18,211 nucleotides of DNA from Promethearchaeota archaeon (GTDB lineage Archaea; Asgardarchaeota; Lokiarchaeia; Sigyniarchaeales; SOKP01): assembly GCA_048940645.1 (NCBI GenBank), contig JBHLOI010000065.1:1-18211 (forward strand). Reading direction: 5' to 3'. The translations under genes were made by a program, and so were the position numbers. The notes under the pieces are model-generated. The model did no database searches, had not been told where the DNA came from, and saw only the letters and a program-made list of their open reading frames with translations. Positions 1 through 7,839 of the stretch are shown here, in pieces (position 1 is the first letter of the stretch; each line of letters opens with the position of its first letter).

Positions 1-234
1 GGTTATGGGTTTCTTGAAGGGTTCTTAATAGTGTTTTATTTCTCTTTTGGAACATTTGTGGGATTATTTCCTCTTGCTTTAGCAAAACAGGGTACTTCAT
101 ATATTGTAAAACAAAAAGATCAAGAGAAAAATAGAATATTCTTTATTATGATCTCTATTATTGTTATATTTAATACAGTCGTTATGATTTTGTCTTTTTT
201 GCAAATTTCTGTCTTTCCAGTGCAAAATATTTAA
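1..234 (+). CDS. 5'-truncated integral membrane protein, possibly TauE/SafE-DsbD_2 (sulfite exporter / cytochrome c biogenesis) like
   Basis: Frame is open from base 1 (GYGFLEGFLIVFYFSFGTFVGLFPL...), so the GTG at 31 is probably internal. Two hydrophobic segments; the G-x6-F-x-x-GT pattern resembles the DsbD_2 C-terminal helix. Confidence 0.5.
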   Translation, partial: GYGFLEGFLIVFYFSFGTFVGLFPLALAKQGTSYIVKQKDQEKNRIFFIMISIIVIFNTVVMILSFLQISVFPVQNI

Positions 235-391
235 TTAAGCAAATAAAACCAACTAGGAATAATCAAAAAGTTAAAAATTTATTAATGATTCAAAATCAAC
301 AGTTGGTCTATGTTAATAATTTATATCAGTATTTTTATATATATTATAACTAAATTTTGTAACCTTACTAATAACGGTTGATTATGAAATA

Positions 392-2758
392 ATGAAATGC
401 TTATTCTGTGATTCCAATAGGATAGAATATACATGTGAAAGATGCAAATCGAGTTTTTGCATAAACCATATGGCAACAACAGAGAGTTGGGTATGTAAGA
501 AACATAACCATGTCTATTCAAAAGCTAGTGCTACCGAAAAAAGCTATAGATGCACAATTGTTGAAAATAGTAAATGTCCAGAATGCAACGCTCTTTTAAG
601 ATTAGAAAGATTATCTTCTGGTCAATATTATTTAGAATGTACAAATTCCAAATGTGGATGGAACTCATATTTAAAAACCCCAGGCTTATTCTTTCCAACA
701 AAAGAACAGTTAGCTAGAGAAGCCAGTAAGTATAATTTAATAAGAGGATATAGATTAGCTATATGCCGAAGAGGTTTGAAACACATTATTGGTAAAGATG
801 TGTGTCCTAATTGCTTTTTAGAGTTATTAAAAAGGTCTCATATAACAAATTTTTCAACAATTACTAATGCTTTTAATCTTTCAGCTCAACAAATGGTAAA
901 ATTAATCAATAAATACATTGATGAGGAACGAATTTATGGAATAATTGATCAAAAAAATCAAATGTTCTATTATATATCTCCTGAAATGAGGGAGAAAATA
1001 TTATCCAAAATTCAAAATGAAGGAACTATTAAAGTTGCCGATTTGGCTCTTATGTTGGATATGAGTTCTGAAATTGCTTTAAAAGTAATATATAAATTAA
1101 TAAGCCAATTTCAAATTAGGGGTTCTTTCTCACTGAATAAACAATTTTATTATACTCAGAAATATATAATGGATAATTTGATTAAAGAAGTTAATGAAAA
1201 AGGACGTGTTTCACTAAATGATTTAGCTAAAATCTTTAATATTCCTATTGATCTAATAAAATCTTTTTGTGTCAATCTGATGCGAACGGGTGCAATTAAT
1301 GCGTTTTTTGCTGATCGTGGAAATGAAGTAATTAATGCTGAACAGATTTATAAAGAAATTAAATCATATTCTAAAGAAAAAGGATTATTTGAGCTTTCAA
1401 AACTCGCAACTGATTTGAAAATTGCTGTGGAATTAGCTAGAAAGAATCTACATGAACTTATTAAAACTGGAAAAGTTAAGGGAATATTTACTCAAAGAAG
1501 AGAATTCATGACAAATAAACACTTAGAAAGTAAAATAAGAGAATTTGCAAAAGCATACAGAACAATGCCTTTACGAGAATTATCTAATAGATTGGGGGTT
1601 ACAGAATCAAGCATTGAAGAAATTTTAGCACAACTAATAGGAAGAGGAGATATTGATGGGTATATTGATATGCATAAGCGTATTTTTGTAGCATATAGCG
1701 TTCCAAGAACACAAGCTCCAGATGAGATAATACAAAAAGCTACAAAAACTGTTTCCAAAGGAGAGATAGAAGTAGTGAGAGATTATGATTTTGAAGGTGG
1801 CCAACTACACTTTAAAGTAGCTGTCAGAAATAAAAGTTCCATGGCTGTAAATAATGTAAAAGTTATCTTAGATGTTCCCTCAAGCTATAAGATAAAACAA
1901 CCTTTAATTACAATCCCAGTAATCGAAAGTAAGAATTCTAGGGGCGTTGACTTTTATCTCGAACCTAAGCAATGTGGATTATCTAATATTGGCGGCACTG
2001 TTATATATAAAGATGCAACGGGTGAGCAACACACAATTCATATCAGAAAAAAAGAAGTACAAATAAAGTGCCCTTTAGTTGTTTCATGTCTAGCGACAAT
2101 AGAGGATGTACAGATAGCAATTTCTGATCTCCCAAATGATGCTCGAGCTTTCCTAATAGCTGATTTAGATCCTCGATTAGCCTATCGAGCTGCAGTTAGG
2201 ACATTAAAGCATTTTGATGTGAGCACAGTCACTTCTCATGAAGGAGCAGATGCAAAAGGAAATTACGAATCTGAAAGTTGGCATTGCAGCGAGGCAAAAA
2301 ATACAGGTGGGCGAATTATTACTAGATTATATGTCTCAGAAGCAAGTCAATCTCTTGAAGTTCGAGTTTGGTGTGGAAATGCTGGTCAATTGACGGGATT
2401 CTTAGCAAGAATAATAGAATTACTGTTTGAGGAGATTAATATAATCAGAAAGATCAAATCTGAAGAAAGAGAAAAAACTATAGATGTTATGGCAATTACT
2501 CAGAATCTGGCTGAGATTTCGGACTATTGTATGCTTAGATGGAAGGCTCAGAACATTAGAAATAAGTTACATGATACTTTCGTTCGACTCAGAAAGATTA
2601 TTGGCGATAATGAGGCTGTTTTAGGACGTCTTGAATTTTGGTTAACTCAACTCAATAAATATGAGAAAGATGATAAAATCAGTGATTCGGATGCTGATAA
2701 GCTGGTAGAAGATGTTGAAAAATTCAAGAGTGTTATTGCAAGAGCTATAAAATTATAG
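392..2758 (+). CDS. Multidomain protein: N-terminal Zn fingers, 5 tandem winged-helix (DDRGK1/UFL1/PCI-like) repeats, Ig-like appendage/platform-like domain, C-terminal helices
   Basis: Cys/His clusters in aa 3-141. ~60-aa periodic WH wing motifs (GIID183, GSFS244, AFFA304, GIFT364, GYID423). The last repeat (YRTMPLRELSNRLGVTESSIEEILAQLIGRGDIDGYID) is a typical PCI-type WH. Alternating beta pattern at aa ~457-560. Confidence 0.8.
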   Translation: MKCLFCDSNRIEYTCERCKSSFCINHMATTESWVCKKHNHVYSKASATEKSYRCTIVENSKCPECNALLRLERLSSGQYYLECTNSKCGWNSYLKTPGLFFPTKEQLAREASKYNLIRGYRLAICRRGLKHIIGKDVCPNCFLELLKRSHITNFSTITNAFNLSAQQMVKLINKYIDEERIYGIIDQKNQMFYYISPEMREKILSKIQNEGTIKVADLALMLDMSSEIALKVIYKLISQFQIRGSFSLNKQFYYTQKYIMDNLIKEVNEKGRVSLNDLAKIFNIPIDLIKSFCVNLMRTGAINAFFADRGNEVINAEQIYKEIKSYSKEKGLFELSKLATDLKIAVELARKNLHELIKTGKVKGIFTQRREFMTNKHLESKIREFAKAYRTMPLRELSNRLGVTESSIEEILAQLIGRGDIDGYIDMHKRIFVAYSVPRTQAPDEIIQKATKTVSKGEIEVVRDYDFEGGQLHFKVAVRNKSSMAVNNVKVILDVPSSYKIKQPLITIPVIESKNSRGVDFYLEPKQCGLSNIGGTVIYKDATGEQHTIHIRKKEVQIKCPLVVSCLATIEDVQIAISDLPNDARAFLIADLDPRLAYRAAVRTLKHFDVSTVTSHEGADAKGNYESESWHCSEAKNTGGRIITRLYVSEASQSLEVRVWCGNAGQLTGFLARIIELLFEEINIIRKIKSEEREKTIDVMAITQNLAEISDYCMLRWKAQNIRNKLHDTFVRLRKIIGDNEAVLGRLEFWLTQLNKYEKDDKISDSDADKLVEDVEKFKSVIARAIKL

Positions 2759-2850
2759 GAAATTTATATCTAAGCCCTATTTTCGCACATTTTTATTTAT
2801 GAATATTTATATATTTTAATGCTTCTTATTATAATTAATAATAACATTAG

Positions 2851-3273
2851 GTGTTTACTATCCCAATTATATCGATTAGTATAAATGAACAACTTCGAAA
2901 ATTTATTAACAAATTAGTATCAAAGAATCGATATGAAAACAAATCTAAATTAATCAGAGATGCATTATTACGATTAATGTCGACAATAGATGTTTCGAGT
3001 TTTGAAACTGTTAGTGATATTACACCCTCAAGTAAAAATGTAGTAGGAAATTTAATTATCGTCGCTCCACTCGATTCAAACGTTCAAAGGAAATTAAATA
3101 AGATTGAATCAGAATATAATAATCAAATTGTAAGTAAAAACCAGCATTTTCAAGGCGAAAATAGTATAAATTTTCTTATATTTGAAGGAGAAATTCAAAG
3201 TTTTCAAAATTTTGTTGTTGAAATTAATGGTATTAAGGAAATAAGGAACTTTCGATATTTAATAATCAACTAA
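2851..3273 (+). CDS. CopG/NikR-like ribbon-helix-helix regulator with C-terminal ACT-like domain
   Basis: PIISISINEQL...YENKSKLIRDAL is an RHH signature, and the C-terminal domain has NikR-like length. NikR Ni ligands are mostly absent. True start may be ATC at 2860. Confidence 0.8.
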   Translation: MFTIPIISISINEQLRKFINKLVSKNRYENKSKLIRDALLRLMSTIDVSSFETVSDITPSSKNVVGNLIIVAPLDSNVQRKLNKIESEYNNQIVSKNQHFQGENSINFLIFEGEIQSFQNFVVEINGIKEIRNFRYLIIN

Positions 3274-3398
3274 TTAACTCAGAGAAATTTTACAAATTAT
3301 CTTCTTCTGGATATTGTTTATAAGGATTAAATTTAAAGTAAATTCTATGTTTATATCCTTAATTAAACTTTATAATAGATCGCTTTAGGTTATGCAAA

Positions 3399-4517
3399 TT
3401 GAATGAAAATAACTTAGAGATTTACCGTAAATTACAGCAACACCTTGATCAATTTCCAATTGGTTATCCAGCAACCGAATCTGGTGTTGAGTTACGGTTA
3501 TTAAAATATGTATTTACTCCAGAGGAAGCTGAGATCGCATTAAATTTAAGATTTATTCAAGAACCTATAGAAACAATTTACCGTAGAGTAAAGAAAAAAG
3601 TTAGTTCAGTTGAAGAACTTGAAAAGATTTTGTATACAATATACAAAAAGGGAGGAATACGTATTAAAAGAAAAAAGAAAGGAGATAAAATAGTAAAATT
3701 ATATCAAAATGCATTTTTGGCTGTTGGTATGTTTGAATACCAATTAAAGCGGCTTACAAAAGAATATTATGAAGATTTTGAACAATATATGGATGAAGCC
3801 TTTCGAGATGAAGTTACTAGCACGAAGATAAACCAATTACGTACCATTCCAGTAGAAAAAAGCATTACTCCCACTCACAATATTGCTACTCATGATCAGC
3901 TAAGAAACATTATTGAAAACGCTGAAAGGATTTTAGTAATGGAGTGTATTTGTAGAAAGGGTAAGGATCTCATTGGAAAACCCTGTAAACAATCTGACAT
4001 GCGTGAAGTATGTTTTGTTTTAAATGATTCAGTAGATCATGCACTTGATCTAAACTGGGGACGTGTTATTCCGAAGGAGGAAGCACTTGAGATTTTTGAA
4101 AAGATACAAGAAGAGGGATTGTTAATTCAACCCGGTAATGCATTAAATCCCAGTTTTATCTGTTGTTGCTGTGGATGTTGTTGTGATTTAATTACTAATC
4201 TTAAAAAATTAGAAAAACCTTGGGAACTAATTTATTCAAATTATTATGCTGAAGTTGACTCTGATATATGCATTGGTTGTGAAACGTGTGTAGATCGGTG
4301 TCAAATGGATGCGATTCAAATACATGATAATATAGCGAAGGTTAATCAAGACTTATGTATTGGCTGTGGGAATTGCATCTCATCATGTCCTGAGCAAGCT
4401 TTAACACTTATTAAGAAAGAAAAGGAATATCTACCTCCAAAAAGTACTACGGAATTATACATGAAAATTATGCATAAAAGAGCTGAATTAAGAAGATTAG
4501 AAAAAGGTATTGAGTAA
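3399..4517 (+). CDS. 4Fe-4S dicluster protein with Cys-rich CxC / CCxxCC module
   Basis: Two ferredoxin motifs (CIGCETCVDRC, CIGCGNCISSCP), CICR...C...C and ICCCCGCCC. TTG start. Confidence 0.85.
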   Translation: MNENNLEIYRKLQQHLDQFPIGYPATESGVELRLLKYVFTPEEAEIALNLRFIQEPIETIYRRVKKKVSSVEELEKILYTIYKKGGIRIKRKKKGDKIVKLYQNAFLAVGMFEYQLKRLTKEYYEDFEQYMDEAFRDEVTSTKINQLRTIPVEKSITPTHNIATHDQLRNIIENAERILVMECICRKGKDLIGKPCKQSDMREVCFVLNDSVDHALDLNWGRVIPKEEALEIFEKIQEEGLLIQPGNALNPSFICCCCGCCCDLITNLKKLEKPWELIYSNYYAEVDSDICIGCETCVDRCQMDAIQIHDNIAKVNQDLCIGCGNCISSCPEQALTLIKKEKEYLPPKSTTELYMKIMHKRAELRRLEKGIE

Positions 4518-4529
4518 TTTTATTAAGAG

Positions 4530-4892
4530 GTGAAATTTATAGGAAAAAATAAATATGGAAAGGGATACCAAAAAAAGGATATCGGTTCAAAAGGAAATAG
4601 TAGTGGTGCACCCATTCATGGAGGAAAAATCAAAGCAAGCCATATTTTAGTTGAAAAATTTACTAAAGCTCAAGAAATCTATGAAGATTTACAAGCAGGT
4701 GAAAATTTCGAAAATTTAGCAAAAACCTATTCGATTTGCCCTAGCAAAAAGAGGGGAGGAAATTTAGGAGAATTCTCGAAAGGGGATATGGTTCCTGAAT
4801 TTTGGAATGCGAGTATTAAGCTAAAAATAGGAGCAATTTCACAACCTGTTAAATCACGATTTGGATATCATATAATTAAAAGAATAAGTTAG
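4530..4892 (+). CDS. ppiC: Parvulin-type peptidyl-prolyl cis-trans isomerase with basic Gly/Lys N-terminal extension
   Basis: ASHILV, SICPS, GGNLG, MVPEF, S-x-PVKSRFGYHII motifs. True start may be ATA at 4539. Confidence 0.92.
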   Translation: MKFIGKNKYGKGYQKKDIGSKGNSSGAPIHGGKIKASHILVEKFTKAQEIYEDLQAGENFENLAKTYSICPSKKRGGNLGEFSKGDMVPEFWNASIKLKIGAISQPVKSRFGYHIIKRIS

Positions 4893-4909
4893 AATAAGTC
4901 TAAGATAAA

Positions 4910-5013
4910 TAGCCCGGCACGGATTCGAACCGTGGTGTCCCTTTCAGAGTATGATACTACCCTAAATCTCGGGATTCAGAGTCCCAAATGCTTGTCCACT
5001 ACACTACCGGGCT
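4910..5013 (-). tRNA. tRNA-Gln (anticodon CTG) with a 31-nt intron at position 45/46 (intron 4937-4967); CCA not encoded
   Basis: Minus strand reads AGCCCGG-TA-GTGTAGTGGACAAGCAT-T-TGGGA-CTCTGAA-TCCCG-AG[ATTTAGGGTAGTATCATACTCTGAAAGGGAC]AC-CACGG-TTCGAAT-CCGTG-CCGGGCT-A. Removing 31 nt gives a 73-nt cloverleaf with A1-U72, typical of archaeal tRNA-Gln. Confidence 0.93.
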
Positions 5014-5172
5014 AAATTAGGGAGATAAGTTAATAATTAATAGTTTAAGATTTCTAAAAAACCTTACTTCACTATTAAGAATGAAATATGGTGTTAATAA
5101 ATATAATTATTCATTTATGATTTATTTTTAATAAGGATAGATTTTTATTATAACATGGTTTTATATTTTATT

Positions 5173-5297
5173 GGATTACACAACATTAAAGGAGGATACT
5201 TTAAAAAAGTTTTAAAAAACTAATTTTTAAACCCCGTGACTGAAACAACAAAAAACCCCGTATAAAAAAAATTTGTTATTATCCTCCTGTGTAATCC
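5173..5297. other. Intergenic long-range inverted repeat; candidate structured ncRNA or MITE-like element
   Basis: GGATTACAC (5173-5181) pairs with GTGTAATCC (5289-5297), and AGGAGGATA (5190-5198) pairs with TATCCTCCT (5280-5288). Internal direct repeat AAACCCCGT at 5229-5237 and 5253-5261. Confidence 0.55.
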
Positions 5298-5391
5298 TAC
5301 TTCGATTTATATTTATGTATTATCACAATACTCCAAATAAAGTATCAAAAAGTATATTGTTTTGAATTTATTTTTAAATTCTTTAGCAGGA

Positions 5392-6612
5392 TTATTTAAA
5401 TAAATCATAAATTTGTGCAAAATACTTATCAGACATTCCTGCAATATAGTCTCGAACAATAAGTGTTAATTTATTTTGGTTTTTTAACGGATAATAATAA
5501 GTGGAATATTTGTTATCATCTATGTATTCGATGTGATCTTTAAAAATAGGAGCTTCAAAATCTTCTTCTTCTAAATGCTTTAAAGATTGAGCCCAAATTA
5601 ATTCAAATTTATCCCGTAATACTTGAATATATGGTTTTTTTGATGTATTATTAGTTTCAAAATAATTTCGTCTATTATAAATATTTTTATAATTAAATTG
5701 TTTTAACTCCTTCAATGCTTCAAATATTTCTTCACTATATCCAATAGTGTTATTATCCAAACTGTATTTAAGAAGGTCCATCATTAAAGACTTCATTATT
5801 TTTCGATTTGTATCTCCTAGGATTTTTTTACACGTTTCCGGAATATGTTTCCTTTTTATTAGCTTTAATAGGATGGCATCTTCAATATCTCTACCTATAT
5901 ATGAAATCGAATCAGCAAATCTTACAGCAATTCCTTCATAAGACATTGGAACTCGTTTAATCTTGTTTTCAGTAAAACTATCTTTATATTCTCTAAAGAA
6001 GTCTTCCCAAATTTTTCCATTAATTTTTTGTGGATGCAATTCTCTTTCATTTATTTCACCATCATGACATAAAATCCCATCAAGAACCTGTAAAGTTAAA
6101 TTAAGACCTTGTGCTGGTTGTTTAGGAAAGCGCTTTTCAAGATAAAAAACCCATCTAATCCCTTGAGCATTATGATTAAATGTTCCAATTTTATAATTTT
6201 TACTTATTTCTTCTAATATTTGTTCACCTACATGGCCATAGCACGTATGTCCAATATCATGAGCAAGAGCACAAGCTTCTATTAAATCTGTATTTAGATT
6301 TAACACTCGGCCAATTTGACGTGCTACTCTCGAAACTAGAATAACATGTAATGAACGATGAGTAATATTTGCGTTATTAATCTCAAAGAAAACTTGTGTT
6401 TTGTCGATATAACGAGCATATGCCTTGCTATGGACAATTCTATCTACATCCCTAAAGAAAGGAGGGCGAATATCATTATTATACTCATGTTCTTTTTCAT
6501 GATAATATCTTATAGCTTGCGAATCTGAAATGCCATGAATACCTACTTCTGTATCCTTTCTCATTCTTAATCTTAGTTCCTCTATCTTTTTGATATCCAT
6601 GCATATCAACAA
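5392..6612 (-). CDS. dgt: HD-domain deoxyguanosinetriphosphate triphosphohydrolase-like protein (dGTPase)
   Basis: RPPFFRDVDRIVHS, KTQVF, HRSLH, AHDIGH, HNAQG, ADSISY, DIED and DYIAGMSD motifs. Likely start is the ATG of MDIKK (6600). Confidence 0.88.
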   Translation of the reverse strand: MLICMDIKKIEELRLRMRKDTEVGIHGISDSQAIRYYHEKEHEYNNDIRPPFFRDVDRIVHSKAYARYIDKTQVFFEINNANITHRSLHVILVSRVARQIGRVLNLNTDLIEACALAHDIGHTCYGHVGEQILEEISKNYKIGTFNHNAQGIRWVFYLEKRFPKQPAQGLNLTLQVLDGILCHDGEINERELHPQKINGKIWEDFFREYKDSFTENKIKRVPMSYEGIAVRFADSISYIGRDIEDAILLKLIKRKHIPETCKKILGDTNRKIMKSLMMDLLKYSLDNNTIGYSEEIFEALKELKQFNYKNIYNRRNYFETNNTSKKPYIQVLRDKFELIWAQSLKHLEEEDFEAPIFKDHIEYIDDNKYSTYYYPLKNQNKLTLIVRDYIAGMSDKYFAQIYDLFK

Positions 6613-6712
6613 GCTATAATTTTCATATTAAGAAATTTTTACTAAATTATAAATCTTTATTTAAAGATTAATAGTTAAATAACTTTAAAATTAGAAATTA
6701 TTAAAATAGAAA

Positions 6713-7669
6713 TTAAAAACTTCCAAATTTTAAATTTATTGCTTCATAGGGGCAAATTTCTTTACATTTCAAACAGAGATTACATTCACCTTTACCTGTA
6801 AAAAATTCAAAAGGTTCATCTAAGATCCGAATTTGTTTTGGGCAAATTCGTTCACATTCGCCACAGTCGGACCTTCCTACACATTTAACAGGATTTCTAG
6901 ATAATTTTAAGAATGAATAATCAGCAACAACAGAGGATATTGCTGCAAATGGACAAAAATATCTACAATAAAATCTAGGATAGCGTACTGAGAGAATTAT
7001 AATAATTAAGTAAACTATAAATATTATAAAACCGCCGAAATTAGCAAAAAGAGGTTCTAATCCCCCAGATTGAAAGATTTTCACAGCCATGTCTGGGAAA
7101 AATACAAAGATATATTCAGAGAGGGAAAAGAATCCTACTGGTTTTTGAGCAAACAATCCTAATTGAGTATAAAAATCAAACCAAAATGCATAATTAGTAA
7201 CCGCAGTAACTCCAAGGGGTACAATAAGAATTATTAATATGATAATAATGACATATTTAACGTTCAATAAAGTTTTATGGGTTTTCATCTTCATTGATTT
7301 CTTCTTTATAGGAAGTGCGGTACATACATCTTGAATTGAGCCGATAGGACATATCCATCCACAAAAGAATCGATTAGTAAATAATATGATTAGTAAAAGT
7401 ACGCCTATCAAAAAGAACGGAATAACACCAGTTGCCATACTATAAAATATTGCTTCAACTATACCCATTCCCTCCGATAAAGGATTTCTTGGTGAGTTTA
7501 AAACAGGAAGTACTTTTAAAAAATTTTCTATACCTACTAGGTTGATTGAGAAGATTAATTCAAGAATGATATAGTTTATCAATAAAAAAGCAATAATCTG
7601 TACAATCCGTCTAGCTAATGTTGTTAAATGATCTCTTATTTTGATATTTCTAAAAACCAAGGGTACCAC
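6713..7669 (-). CDS. NapH/MauN/FixG-like membrane-bound polyferredoxin (4Fe-4S binding protein)
   Basis: Several TM helices, CGWICP and CRYFCP motifs, and C-terminal CxxxxxCxxCxxxCP and CxxCxxCxxxCP. Confidence 0.88.
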   Translation of the reverse strand: MVPLVFRNIKIRDHLTTLARRIVQIIAFLLINYIILELIFSINLVGIENFLKVLPVLNSPRNPLSEGMGIVEAIFYSMATGVIPFFLIGVLLLIILFTNRFFCGWICPIGSIQDVCTALPIKKKSMKMKTHKTLLNVKYVIIIILIILIVPLGVTAVTNYAFWFDFYTQLGLFAQKPVGFFSLSEYIFVFFPDMAVKIFQSGGLEPLFANFGGFIIFIVYLIIIILSVRYPRFYCRYFCPFAAISSVVADYSFLKLSRNPVKCVGRSDCGECERICPKQIRILDEPFEFFTGKGECNLCLKCKEICPYEAINLKFGSF

Positions 7670-7839
7670 ATAAAGAAGATTTTAAATTAATAAATAATTG
7701 GTTTTTAAAAAAATTAATTCTTAACAATTGGTATTTCAAAGATATGAATTCTTTTTTAGAGTTTTATCTAATATTTCGTATATCTATTTTAAAAAAAGTA
7801 AATCAAAGGAAGCAAGAGGAGTGAAATATTGAATCTTTT

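Noticed and set aside
4881-4899. AGAATAAGT tandem duplication near the tRNA-Gln 3' end (possible att scar)
   Set aside because: Not a copy of the tRNA 3' end and no integrase; likely slippage in AT-rich DNA.
5229-5261. AAACCCCGT repeats as ORB G-strings, CRISPR repeats or a telomerase-like template
   Set aside because: No TCCA-N-GAAA ORB core or cdc6 nearby, only two 9-bp copies, and no cas or reverse transcriptase gene in the window.
5392-6612. dGTPase as an antiviral defence system
   Set aside because: Housekeeping neighbourhood with no defence or mobile genes; ordinary Dgt-like motifs.
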